64,000 bases of DNA, from assembly GCA_951406725.2 (NCBI GenBank), contig OX597814.1:220038001-220102000 (forward strand), given 5' to 3'. This stretch comes from Octopus vulgaris. Lineage: Eukaryota. The translations under genes were made by a program, and so were the position numbers. Under the pieces are notes generated by a model. The model saw nothing but the letters and a program-made list of their open reading frames with translations, made no database searches and was not told the origin of the DNA. This document shows, in pieces, positions 25,254-38,469 of this stretch; positions within the stretch are counted from its first letter, which is position 1, and the number at the start of each line of letters is the position of its first letter.

Positions 25254-26490
25254 GGTGCTTTTACCTGCCACTGGCATGGGAGCTAGTCAGGTGACACTAG
25301 TATTGGTCACACTTGAATGGTGCTTTTTCCGTGCTACCAGCATGGATGCCAGTCAGGCGGCACTGGCATTGACAATACCCCAATGGTGCTTTTTATGTGC
25401 CACCAGCATGGATGCCAGTCAGGCGGCACTGGCATTGACAATACTCCAATGGTGCTTTTTATGTGCCACCAGCATGGATGCCAGTCAGGCAATGGTGAGA
25501 TTGACAATACTCCAATGGTGCTTTTTATGTGCCACCAGCATGGATGCCAGTCAGGCGGCACTGGGATTGACAATACTCCAATGGTGCTTTTTATGTGCCA
25601 CCAGCATGGATGCCAGTCAGGCGGCACTGGGATTGACAATACTCCAATGGTGCTTTTTATGTGCCACCAGCATGGATGCCAGTCAGGCGGCACTGGGATT
25701 GACAATACTCCAATGGTGCTTTTTATGTGCCACCAGCATGGATGCCAGTCAGGCGGCACTGGGATTGACAATACTCCAATGGTGCTTTTTATGTGCCACC
25801 AGCATGGATGCCAGTCAGGCGGCACTGGGATTGACAATACTCCAATGGTGCTTTTATGTGCCACCAGCATGGATGCCAGTCAGGCGGCACTGGGATTGAC
25901 AATACTCCAATGGTGCTTTTTATGTGCCACCAGCATGGATGCCAGTCAGGCGGCACTGGGATTGACAATACTCCAATGGTGCTTTTTATGTGCCACCAGC
26001 ATGGATGCCAGTCAGGCGGCACTGGGATTGACAATACTCCAATGGTGCTTTTTATGTGCCACCAGCATGGATGCCAGTCAGGCGGCACTGGGATTGACAA
26101 TACTCCAATGGTGCTTTTTATGTGCCACCAGCATGGATGCCAGTCAGGCGGCACTGGGATTGACAATACTCCAATGGTGCTTTTTATGTGCCACCAGCAT
26201 GGATGCCAGTCAGGCGGCACTGGGATTGACAATACTCCAATGGTGCTTTTTATGTGCCACCAGCATGGATGCCAGTCAGGCGGCACTGGGATTGACAATA
26301 CTCCAATGGTGCTTTTTATGTGCCACCAGCATGGATGCCAGTCAGGCGGCACTGGGATTGACAATACTCCAATGGTGCTTTTTATGTGCCACCAGCATGG
26401 ATGCCAGTCAGGCGGCACTGGGATTGACAATACTCCAATGGTGCTTTTTATGTGCCACCATCATGGGTGCCAGTCAGGCAATGGTAAGAC
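25254..26490 (-). repeat. Minisatellite of about 20 x 60-bp units derived from the RTE-tail retroposon
   Basis: Unit GGTGCTTTTTATGTGCCACCAGCATGGATGCCAGTCAGGCGGCACTGGGATTGACAATACTCCAAT. It is preceded by the family's CCAACCACTCTGAGAGTGTAGTG segment. Confidence 0.95.
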
Positions 26491-27084
26491 TGACCAGATT
26501 ATTAATTTTAATTTTTCAAGATTTTAATGTTATTATTGCCTCATGTTTTATTGTAATATCTTAACACTGTCTTCAGGCATTAAATGTTTGTATTAACACT
26601 TATTAAAGATAGGTCATGCTAGTGATTTTACCAGCTCACCGTCTTATATAGTGCTGCTAGTAATGACATGAAATTTCACTAACCACGGTCTGTAAGGAGA
26701 TTGGTACGAGAAAGACCATACAGTGGTAAAAATCAAGACAAAAAAATAGAATGTATGAGCAAGACACAGTCACCCAAACTATTTGGAAAGGCAGTAACTC
26801 TGAATGAGAACTGACTTAAACTGTGATGACTACTCTAACACATGCTGGCATGGAAAACAGATTTAGAATGAGGAAGATGATAAGGATTTCATTTTAATGG
26901 CAGGTCAGAATTAATCGATGAAAGTTGATTGCTACATCTTATATATTAACTGCTCCTACTTGGTGCAGCAAAGAATTGTATATTGCTGTAAGAACATAAG
27001 TGAAACTCTTAATTCTAACTGCTTCAGTTTTTAATTGCCTAATTAAATTTATATGGACAGAAGATAATTAACAACTTTGGGATT

Positions 27085-27342
27085 GAAATATAGGATAATA
27101 AATGCTTCCTTCTTGAGCCATGCCAGGCTCAAAAGGGCCAGTTTCCCGGATTCAGTGGCGTATATATTCCCCACTTCGACAGGATGCTGATCTGTTGCAT
27201 TTTTGCTAGCTGAGTGTACTGGAACAATGTGAAATGAAGTGTTTAGCTCAAGAACACAACACATCGTCCGTTCCAGGAATTGAAACCATAATCTTATGAT
27301 CATAAATCCAACGCCCTAACCACTTAGCCATGCACCTCCACT
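27085..27342 (-). mobile_element. tRNA-derived SINE
   Basis: Minus-strand head GGAGGTGCATGGCTAAGTGGTTAGGGCGTTGG...GGTTTCAATTCC. Confidence 0.7.
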
Positions 27343-27596
27343 GGGACTGAAATACATTAACAGACATACAATCTCTTATAAGTAAAGATGGTGAACTACC
27401 AATAACTTGTTAGCAGTTCAAATCTTATTGCTTGTCTCAACAGGCCTCACAAACAACCTGGTAAGTGATTACCAACAGGAAAGGCATGCTAAAAACAATT
27501 TTCCTAATGATATGCAAATGTCTTAATTTTCAAAATACAGTCTACTTACATTTGCATGGGAAAACACATGAGAAATAGCTTTAAAAAACTAAATAC

Positions 27597-27770
27597 CTTT
27601 TTCTGGATCTTGTATCAACATAGGTTTAGATGGTTCACTTGGAGGTCCAATTCCAAGCCAATTGTAGGCAAGCACACGGAATTGGTACACTTTGCCAGTA
27701 TCTAAGCTGTGAATATTAAGCAATGCACCAGTCTGTGGTGATTCCTTCAACAAAATATCAGTCCATTTTC
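27597..27770 (-). CDS. sdk: Sidekick exon: C-terminal half of the last FN3 domain
   Basis: tttcag|...|gtattt, 174 nt, phase 1 to 1: (G)KWTDILLKESPQTGALLNIHSLDTGKVYQFRVLAYNWLGIGPPSEPSKPMLIQDPEK. It carries the FN3 signature L....Y.FRV.A.N..G.G.PS. Confidence 0.93.
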
Positions 27771-29134
27771 CTGAAAATGTAACGATAAAAATGAAATACA
27801 AAAATATAATCTAGATAACATGCTTTAGTTAATTACAAATATACAAGCTGAATTATAAAAATATAAATTTTAGAAACTAAAGTGATGGAAAAAAATGTGA
27901 AAAATGTGAAATAAGAAAAATAATTTTTAAAAAGATCACAAAAACTACAATACAAATAGATAAGCATTTTCTAGTTACTTTGTGCAAAATTTTCAAACAC
28001 CTATCAGAGGTTTAGTGAATATAGAAATAACATTTGAAATCCTATGGATTTACACATTACTAATGAAAGTATACAGCATGTATATCCAATAATAAAGATC
28101 AGAAAAAAACAAATCAAAACAAAACAAATGAAAATGTTATTTCAGTTATGAAGAATACGGTATCTTATTGTTCATTGGTTCTTCATCTTATGCATGCAAA
28201 TGTATACATGTTTGTGTAGCTATACATAGGCATTAATATTTTGAAAGATGTACATTTTAATCCTAAATAAAGTATTTTGCTTTAAAATCTAATTTGCTAA
28301 TTTTGAAAGACATATCACTTCAAGTACAGACTCGTAAATGTTTTGTTTTGAACAATTCATGTTACAAGATGCTCCTCCTTAATATTAATTTCATTTATTT
28401 CTTAATTATAAATTAACGGAGAGACTAACTGACAACTAAATTTCAACATTAAATTCTGAGCCAGAACCACAATATATTGTTTGTATATTCTTCCAAATAA
28501 TGTCCTATCAAATCTAATTATTACTCACAAAGTCAGTTTGATACAGGATTTATAATATCCCAATATACTTTTAAATATTATGAGCAAATAAATAAACAAA
28601 GTATATATTTTCTTCAGATACTTGTGGTAGTGGGAGTTAAGGGTACCGTTTAAGGAGGATAATATTACAATGACACTTCTAGTGCTTGCCCTATTTCAAC
28701 TTATTTTCAAGGTTATAATTAAATCACTAATTGTTTTTTAATAAATGCCAACATTTGCTTACACTTAGGCTTGAATGAAAATTTGGAGAACAGCTAAATT
28801 TGTGAGCAAATTTCAATTCTATATTGAAAGCAAAGTCACTTCTCTTCCATAGCTATTGTCTTTAGAAAGGAAACAAAACAAAATAAAACATGAACATTAC
28901 TATGTCATTCCATTCTCCTACACATGGCATTTAATTGCAAGGAGTTGATGGTATAAAATAGAAATGAGCTGTGTGAGAGTGTGACCTGATTCCATTGTGG
29001 AAATAGCTATTTCAACCACTTCAGTTAAATATAGCATTTGTTTTATCAACTGCTGTTCAACTTTATATTACTACATACATGTTATGAATCTCAAATACAA
29101 CGTCCAGTATCATATGAAATATTCTAATTACTGC

Positions 29135-29432
29135 CGTAAAAAGCACCATCTGTTCGGGGCCGTTGCCAGCCTCGCATGGCCCCCGTGCCGGTGGCACAAA
29201 AAAAGCACCATCCGATCGTGGCCGTTTGCCAGACTCGTCTGGCACGTAAAAAGCACCTACTACACTCATGGAGTGGTTGGCATTAGGAAGGACATCCAGC
29301 CGTAGAAACATTGCCAGATCAAACTGGGCCAGGTGCAGCCTTCTGGCTTCCCAGACCCCAGTTGAACCGTCCAACCCATGCTAGCATGGAAAGCAGACGC
29401 TGAACGATGATGATGATGATGATGATGATGAT
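29135..29432 (+). mobile_element. RTE-tail retroposon copy with about two internal repeat units
   Basis: Homologous to 19050-19743 and ends in (GAT)n. Confidence 0.85.
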
Positions 29433-31194
29433 GTATGGGAAATATATTTCACTTTTACTAAAATATTCAAACTGTGACATAGTATGATTTTTATAATTGC
29501 CTTGGGGATTTAATCTGCAGTGGTTTTGTAATGGGTTTCTAAAATAGGTTTGAAGCTCATATGGGAACTGTCTTGGAGCATCGGTGATGGAACTGAAACT
29601 ACATTCTAAGCCAGGAGCCCACCTCTACTCAACACTGCTCCCCTATAACACTAAAACACTAATATTTCTCTAACCTTCTACCTCATAGTCTAAGAAGGAA
29701 TTTGAACCAGATACTGTTAACTAATAAAACACTTGATAATTTTAGTGTGCTATTATTATGTTCAGTGGTGAACTGTGCACTTTGTAATACCATTCGTAAT
29801 CACATAAACCAAACCAACCAATGTGCCATTTCTGGAGCCACTGTTCAATATTTGTTACTGGATGCTGTTTACATGTTGGCTGGCAGTTAAGAAAAGTCTG
29901 TCAAATTCATCAAACAAACCATCTCAATCAGACATAGTCGAATTCTGAACTGCAAAGTGCACACCAAAAAAAAATAAACATGTATTTAATACAAATGCAA
30001 GGCAACTGAAAAAGGCTCTGGGTGGTCACTTGACCATGTAGAAATAGTGACTAAATTTCCTTCCACTCACATCCTACTGTGTTAAAAAAGGAAAATGAAA
30101 ACACAAATAATAGTGAGATATACTAAAATGCAGGACATTCACAACTGTAAAATCCTTGTTTAAGGTCTGTTGGATCAGAGCTGACTTGGAGCTAAATAAT
30201 AAAATGTATTTAGATATAGCTGGTATTAAACATAGTAAAATCTTAAGGAAATTTTTAATTTAAAGATGTGTAAAATATTTGACAATATAGCATCATAAGT
30301 GCCGAGGCTAAATGGTTAATGTTTAAGCAGCTCAAATGAAGGAATGAAGAATATCCTTTTTCATTTTCCACACTATAACCATTGTGCTATCTTTTGAAAA
30401 AACATTGGATTATGCCTCCAAAACTGTAAAAGTTTTGTGGTTTTCCACAATGCTACAATACTAAAAGGCACTTGAAATGATTTTGTTGTTACAAGTGTAT
30501 GTAATATATGGCAGCTAATTGGATAGCATCTCTCTCTGAGCTGCACCTACTGAGGAAGTTGAACACTGCAAAACAACAAAATACAAACCAATTTTAGAGA
30601 GCTCCTGCTGATTTGCAGTTTTGAGTTCCTCTTACGGTATAGTATCTATCAATATTTAGAATTAAATGAAAGATCAATTTGTGACTGTCTATCATGGCTA
30701 CATGGCAATGCTGGTGACAAGACATAAATTTGCTACTTCATAGCTGGTTATTCAAAATCTATCAACTGATTATTGCACAGCTTGTTATCTGATTATCTAT
30801 TAATTAAAATCTCTCGTGAGTTTTAAATGATATGAAAGATTTTAAGCTGTCTGCTAAGTTACAATTAATTCATAAACAAGAGTTAAGAGGTTAATATCAG
30901 ACAGCCAACAATGAGGCTACCTTTGAAACTTGCTTGTTGTAACATACATCATTATTCAGTGTGTGGTTTTAGAAAAGTAAATTGTGAAACATGTCTAATG
31001 CTGCTGGTTGTTATTCTTTCTACTTATAACAACATCTAACTAGTTTGATGTGGCAGGAATACTGAGTAAAATTAACTGACCTAGAAATTAAGGCTTAATT
31101 GGAAAGGATTTGAGTTGGAGGTGAAAAGAAAAATTGTGTATGAGTAAATGATTATGATGCTATAAATGAATAAGTTCAATATATCAGAACTGAC

Positions 31195-31260
31195 CTCTGA
31201 TAGTTGTAGAGTTTTTAACACTTTCTCTTTTCTTGCGAGCTGCTTGCATGCTTAGAGGAT
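31195..31260 (-). CDS. sdk: Candidate 66-nt Sidekick exon inside the last FN3 domain, with an RKKR site
   Basis: Strong acceptor ctgttctcttcag| and donor |gtcagt. Phase 1 to 1, open in the frame needed to join the 27770 exon: xPLSMQAARKKRESVKNSTTIR(G). It is supported by splice signals and frame only, not by homology. Confidence 0.65.
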
Positions 31261-31840
31261 CTGAAGAGAACAGTTAAATACAACGATATCAAGACAAAAC
31301 AAACATGCTAAATTTACGTATAAAATATGTGCAGCCAGCAGAGCAGCTTTCTCTTTTTTTTTTTTTTTTTTTGTCATTTTCAGTAACTAGAATATTAAAA
31401 ACAAAGCTTGAGTTGCACAAAGAAAATACGAAAACAAAGAAAAACAAACAAATTAGAAAAGTAATAAAAATTAAATTTTCAAAAAGTTAATCATGCGGAA
31501 ACTAAGAGGGAACTCAGAAACATTCAACATCAAAATATAAAAAGACATTTATTCCTAAATATGGAAAGTAGAAAAAAGAAAAAAAAGGTAATTTAAATAA
31601 ATGTTGCTGTTTGTATTATTATTACTATCATTATTTGTGGCAAAAACTGGGTGAATGGACAAGTGGTTGTAGAACAGAGAGCAACTGTTGGAGGAGTGCT
31701 TGTGTCTTTAGTGGTCAGGGTGACCCAGAATCTGTGAGCTTCTTTGATTGGTCCTATTTAGAAGTTCTCCTACTTGAAGAGGACTGCATCATCATTGTGT
31801 CCACATATCAGGAATACTATATATATATATATATATATAT

Positions 31841-32127
31841 ATAATAAATTAAATAAAGAAAATGCACACACTTTACATAGTTTTAATATATTTTTTTGAT
31901 ATATTTTATATTGTGTTGGTCCAAGAAGCAGGCTGCATGAGACAGTGTTCCCCACCTGATGATGAAGCTTGTCTCATGCAGCCTGCTTCTTGGACCAACA
32001 CAATATAAAATATATCAAAAAAATATATTAAAACTATGTAAAGTGTGTGCATTTTCCTTCTTTAATTTCTTATGTATATTACAACTCACCATGTGGGGAT
32101 AATTGAAATTCTTCCCTTTCTGTTACT
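31841..32127. repeat. Fold-back palindrome (about 100-bp arms, 25-nt loop) plus single-copy tail, between (TA)n tracts
   Basis: 31841-31944 is the reverse complement of 31970-32073 (inner ~87 bp perfect). The loop contains CTGATGA. Confidence 0.9.
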
Positions 32128-32526
32128 ATATATATATATATATCTGTTTCGAGACGCATAAATTATAATGGTTATTGACAATTTTTGTCTTTTTTTCGGC
32201 ATATTTGGCATTAGAATTTTTCTTTTGCCCTTATCTTGTAAATTATTTATAAATTTAAAACCTTTAAAGGTATTTTTTGATATGCTTGCCATTGATAAAA
32301 TTTTTTTCCCGAAAAAAATTTTATCCTACATTAGTTATATATATATATATATATATATATTAATAAATGAAATAAAACATATGCATATATATAAACATAT
32401 ATGTACGTACCTACCTCTACATGTACATATACATGCATATATGAGTACAGGACACCAAAGGGACGTCGAACACAAAGAGAAATGAAAACATAGACACAAA
32501 CCAAAGGAACTGGACATTTTTTTAAA

Positions 32527-32566
<40 letters not shown>

Positions 32567-32719
32567 TTTTAAATCTCATTTCCTCCTCCAATCCCTTCTT
32601 TCCTCTCTCATGTTTCATGTAAACCTTCTCACAATTTGTTAAACTGTTCATGTTATGTCACCCCTCATCTGATGCCCCTCAAGGGAAATAAAAAGAAATC
32701 ATTATTATTATCATTACTA

Positions 32720-32919
32720 TTAAGGCACTGAGATGGCAGAATTGTTAGCATGCCAGACAAAACACTTAGTGGCATTTTGTCCATCTTGTTATCAATTCAA
32801 ATTATGGCTTTTATCCTTTTGGGATCAATAAAATAAAAGCACCAGTTGAAGACTGGGGTTGATGCTATGGACTAGTCCCCTTATCCAAAATTTCAGGCTT
32901 CATGTCTATAATAGAAAGG

Positions 32920-32954
<35 letters not shown>

Positions 32955-33210
32955 TATTATTATTAGGGTGGTGAGCTGGCAAAACTGTTAGCATGCTGGG
33001 GGAAATGTTTAGCAATATTTCATCCATTTTCACATTCTGAGTTCAAATTTCACTAAGGTTGACTTTGCCTTTCATCCTTTCAAGGTTGATAAAATAAGTA
33101 CCAGTTATGCACTGGGGTTGATGTAATCAATTATCTCCCTCCACCAAATTTCAGGCCTTGTGACTATAGTAGAAAGGATTATTATTATCATTATTACTAC
33201 TATTATTATT
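32720..33210 (+). mobile_element. Two tandem SINEs of the (ATT)n-associated family
   Basis: Heads AAGGCACTGAGATGGCAGAATTGTTAGC and GGGTGGTGAGCTGGCAAAACTGTTAGC, each followed by an (ATT)n tail. Confidence 0.8.
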
Positions 33211-33530
33211 GCTATGATTAACTTACAGCTAGTACTGATATTATTGTTTACGAGTATTGATATTCTTGTTAATTATAACTACTACTACTACTACTACTAC
33301 TACTGCTACTTTCGTTATTTAGCATAGTTTGCTATTTTTCACAGAACTCTCTAAGTGGGAAGTGATTGATTGACTGGCAGGACTCAGGTATTGGTTCAAT
33401 CGTCACTTAACTCTCCTGTCTACAAGGTTCATGAATAAACCAGAAACTGATAGGTTTGATTAATCAAGTCTACGGCCTTGATGACAGAAATCAACTCCCC
33501 ATTGTTGGTAGCTGTAGATTTTTTGTTGTT

Positions 33531-33945
33531 TACTCTCTTTTACTCTTTTACTTGTTTCAGTCATTTGACTGCGGCCATGCTGGAGCACCACCTTTAGTCG
33601 AGCAAATCGACCCCGGGACTTATTCTTTGTAAGCCCAGTACTTATTCTATCGGTCTCTTTTGCCGAACCGCTAAGTGACGGGGACGTAAACACACCAGCA
33701 TCGGTTGTCAAGCAATGCTAGGGGGACAAACACAGACACACAAAGATATACACACACACACTTATATATATATATATACATATATACGACAGGCTTCTTT
33801 CAGTTTCCGTCTACCAAATCCACTCACAAGGCATTGGTCGGCCCGGGACTATAGCAGAAGACACTTGCCCAAGATGCCACGCAGTGGGACTGAACCCGGA
33901 ACCATGTGGTTGGTAAGCAAGGTACTTACCACACAGCCACTCCTG
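33531..33945 (-). mobile_element. Family A SINE
   Basis: Near-identical to the 9478 copy. Confidence 0.9.
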
Positions 33946-34951
33946 CTATCTTATTTTAATTTATCTTTTAATGGCTTAGCCAGAGGAGGAAGGCCAACAT
34001 CTATGACCTTTTTGTAAGCCTCTAAAAGCTAGAGAGAGAGGAAGGAAGGCAGTTATATTCAGACTGGGAGATGTGGCTTGAGCAGATCCACAATGAAATT
34101 GGTGATTTCAAGTACCTTGGTTCTGAGATAACCTCAACTGAAAACTATGTAAAAACTTGGTTTGCCCTGAGCAAACTGGATGTTGTCTAGAAATCAACCC
34201 TCTCAGACAACCTTAACCCTTCAGTGTCTAAGCTGGCCATATCTGGCCCAGATATTCTACATGTTTTATATTCAAACTGGCCATATCCAGCCTCTCACAC
34301 CTAACCTACATTGACATTCTAAAAATAAACAATCACATCATTGAAACTTCAAAGCTATAAGATAATGCATGATTAATTCAAAACAATTTGAGTGAAAAAC
34401 TATTACATTTAACAGAGTAGTCTGAACACTAGGAATTTTTTCTGTACAACAACAAAGCCAGTCCTTTCATATGGTGTAACAACCTGGATGCTTAACTGGA
34501 AACTGGGGTAGATGGAACATACACTTGAATGTTAAGGGCAATCTTAAACATAATTTGAAGAATTTATCCAACCATGAAATAGCTGCATGGTGGTCTCCTG
34601 CTTGCTTCCACCATTACAAGGGAAAGGCATTTGTGCTTTGCAGGTAACTGTTGGAGAGCCAAGCAAGAGATGACCTACTGCTATGGATGACAAAGTATGC
34701 CAGCACTTGAGCAGGTTGTCCGAACACAATGTATATAGATCATTTCATCAGGGACACTAGATGTCTCCCTAAAGACCTCCCTTCATTAATGTGGGACAGA
34801 GATGGATGGCATGTGTGGATCCACAACAGAGCTGTTCTCCCCATTATAGGTTTTCGAGTTAAAACCAGGCATCAGATAAAGTCTACCACTCACATTTATA
34901 TAAAAGAAGAGAAGAGAGATTATAGATGGCAAAATCAAAAGGGTACATACA

Positions 34952-34985
<34 letters not shown>

Positions 34986-35009
34986 CATACATATATATAT
35001 ATATATATA

Positions 35010-35616
35010 TCATCATCATCATCGTTTAGCGTCCGTTTTCCATGCTAGCATGGGTTGGACGGTTCTACTGGGGTCTGTGAAGCCAGAAGGCTTCATCAGG
35101 CCCAGTCAAATCCTTGAATTCCTCCGTTATTGCCTGGAGGACTATGATAAATAGGAGGGGGCTGAGTACTGAGCCTTGGTGGACTCCTACCTCTACCCGG
35201 AATTCTTCACTGTACACATTTCCAACCCTCACCCTACTAGCGGCGTCCCTATACATGGCCCGCACAGCTCTCACTAACCATTCATCTATCCCTAGTTTCC
35301 TCATTGCCCACCAGATAAGGGATCGGGGACCCTGTCGAAGGCTTTCTCCATGTCAACAAAAGCCAGGTACAGGGGCTTATCTTTGGCTAGAGTATTTCTC
35401 CTGCAGCTGCCTTACCAGGAATATAGCATCAGTAGTACTTTTCCCTGGCACAAACCCAAACTGCATCTCATCTAAACTAACTCTCTCTCTAATTAGTTGG
35501 GCTATGACCCTCTCCGTAACCTTCATCACCTGGTCCAACAGCTTGATACCTCTGTAGTTATTTGTATCTAGGGCATCACCTTTACCTTTGTAGCAGTTGA
35601 CTATTATACTGCTACA

Positions 35617-35620
<4 letters not shown>
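35010..35620 (-). mobile_element. RTE LINE RT fragment joined to an RTE-tail segment (internal deletion)
   Basis: ORFs read YKGKGDALDTNNYRGIKLLDQVMKVTERVI...QFGFVPGKSTTDAIF and FRVEVGVHQGSVLSPLLFIIVL. The 3' tail CCATGCTAGCATGG...(GAT)n follows at 35112-35010. Confidence 0.88.
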
Positions 35621-35680
<60 letters not shown>

Positions 35681-36108
35681 AGCCAAAAAGTAACCCATTT
35701 TGTTACCATATTTCTGTTGAAATGCTCCATCTTTTTTTCAATTATTTTTTTTTAATAATGAAGATTATAATAAATTAACTTTGTAATTATTAAGCTGATA
35801 TCTGGAATGAATTAACATGAACTTTTGATAAGAGATTTTTAACTTAGATCACTTTAAAACAGGATGTTTGTGTCACAGCACCAGGCAGGTTGATATCAGA
35901 AAGGTTAGCAACATGCTTTTTGGGCTGCAATTATGTCAATGACTGCAATAATTAAATGTGAAATGTTACATGATAAGGACAAACCATTGGTATAAACAAT
36001 GTATGAAAATAATAACTATTTCTTTAGACTGTGTACTACTACTACTACTACTACTACTACAAGTAACAGTAGTAGTAGTATAGTATGGAAACACTTGGGT
36101 TCTCTTAA

Positions 36109-36327
36109 TCCTTTCATTACCAGCCTGGCTGAAACCGGCTCTGGCTCTGTAGTACAAATGTCTTGTTTTCATAGGTTTTGAATTAAAATCTTCCACCAAA
36201 CCTTAGTCACAATTTATGTTCCTAACACTAGCTTAATGATAACAAAGTTATTTTACTAAATTCTTTGTTATATTTAAAGTAATTGAAAGAAACAGAGCAT
36301 CTTAAAATAAATACAGTAACAAAAGGG
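36109..36327. mobile_element. piggyBac-like MITE with TTAA target duplication
   Basis: TTAA|TCCTTTCATTAC...GTAACAAAAGGG|TTAA. It is an inverted copy of 17603-17810. Confidence 0.78.
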
Positions 36328-36896
36328 TTAAACTGAATTCTCCTTGATAAATTATCTTTTAGCTTTTACATGTTTCAATCATTGTACGGTAGCTATACTG
36401 GGGTAGTACTGCCCTACAGGATTTAGTCAAACAAATCAACTCAATACTTATTCTATCAGACTCTTTCGTTGAACTGCTAAGTTACAGAGACATAATCAAA
36501 CCAACATCAGTTGTCAAGCACACACACACACACATCATTCAACCAAATCCACTCACAAGACTTTGGTCAGTCCAAAGCTATATAGTAGTAGACACTTTCC
36601 AAAGTACTGCACAGTGAGACTGAACCCAAATCTGCATGGCTTGGAAGCAAGCTTCTTAACCATGCTGCCATTCTACAGAAGGAAGTTGAACCAATGTGGG
36701 AGTTTTGACACTTGTTACTTGACCCACTAGAAACATCAACCAAACTCCTCTCATACCACATCTTGTCATCTTAAGAAAAACAAACTGAAGGATACTCTGG
36801 ATGAATGGAGCCTTAGACAAAATGTTTGAAAAAAAAGATGGCATAGTCATGATTGGAATGTTTGATCATAGGTTTGTTTGATCAGAGCTGACTATA

Positions 36897-37292
36897 TACT
36901 CTTTTACTCTTTTACTTGTTTCAGTCATTTGACTGCGGCCATGCTGGAGCACCGCCTTTAGTCGATCAAATCGACCCCGGGACTTATTCTTTGTAAGCCC
37001 AGTACTTATTCTATCGGTCTCTTTTGCCGAACCGCTAAGTGATGGGGACGTAAACACACCAGCATTGGTTGTCAAGCAATGCTAGGGAAACAAACACACA
37101 CACATACATATATATATATATACATATATACGACAGGCTTCTTTCAGTTTCCATCTACCAAATCCACTCACAAGGCATTGGTCGGCTTGGGGCTATAGCA
37201 GAAGACACTTGCCCAAGATGCCATGCAGTGGGACTGAACCCGCAACCATGTGGCTGGTTAGCAAGCTACTTACCACACAGCCACTCCTGCGC
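36897..37292 (-). mobile_element. Family A SINE
   Basis: Near-identical to the other family A copies. Confidence 0.9.
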
Positions 37293-38469
37293 ATAAAAAT
37301 ATGAGAAAAATTAACAAATTTCAATGGGACCACTTGATCAGCTAAAAATAACAGGCACATTTCCTTCAAATCACATCCTATCATCTTAAATATAAAAGGA
37401 AAGACACATTAAATGACTTAGTCTGAGATATCTGATGTTTGAAGAAAAAAGATGGATGGTTAAAGATGGAATGTCTTTGATTGTATTTATAGTCCTAGAT
37501 ATACAAAAAAAAGTGTTGACTGTCATGATAGGAATGTCTTTCATCAGATCTGTTAGGTCAGTGTTGATTTATGAATTATTGATTTTCTTTTTTTTTTTAC
37601 TGAACAGCTTAGTGAGAGGATGAAGGATAACACTCATAACCCAGGGTTTCCAGTGCCAGTGAGAAAGAAGAAAGGAAGTTGTCCTTGAACTAGAAAACTG
37701 CCCAAATGTTTTCAACAGAATGTTTTTAAAAGCACCAAAAACCAAGTGGTGATGTTAAACCATACAACTCAAGGAGGAGGATTAAACAATACCACCACCA
37801 CCACCACTGCCGCCACTACTACCACCACCACCACCAAAAACAACAATAATAACACCATTTCAATGATATCAAATTTGTGTATAACATTCTAATCTTGAAG
37901 GGAACCAAACTCAACCTGTACCCTGAGCTCCATGAAAAGCTTAATCCCTTTTTTAGTGAAGCTATGATATTTATAGAATTTTACTTGTTTTCCAATTGTG
38001 GGTTAGATGATGTTCTGGAATTGATTCCTGCTCCTAAGGTAATTAGAAGCTCAGCTAATTAATTAAAACATTTAGAAGTTATACAGTGCTTATATATTTC
38101 GAGCTGAGAAGGAAATAAAATGGCAGGATCATTGAAGTTGTTGGATAGAATGCTTTGTGGTACTTATTTCTGGTTCAGGTACTATCAAGGTTAATTTCTC
38201 TTTTTTCATCTCTTCTCTGCTGATGAATAAGGTACCAATCAAAAACTGAGGTTGATTCATTTTTCATCCTCATCTTTCCCTATCCCTCCCTCTTTCAATG
38301 AATTGGTTATATCGCACTGCTACAAGGCCATAGGAAATACTTAAAAGGACAGAGAGCCTTACTGATATAAATAAATGAAAAGAAAAAAAAATCTCCAGAT
38401 GGCTTGGAAGGGTCACCCACACTTCAAGAGATGGCAACTACAGAAGAAGTTACAAATGATGATGATGTA

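Noticed and set aside
25255-26564. Long ORFs (up to 415 aa) in the 60-bp array
   Set aside because: They are a by-product of a stop-free 60-bp unit. They are open on both strands, intronic and have no splice or domain support.
29873-29950. Possible additional minus-strand sdk exon (ttgcag acceptor, gtaaac donor)
   Set aside because: There are stop codons in the required frame and no Sidekick similarity.
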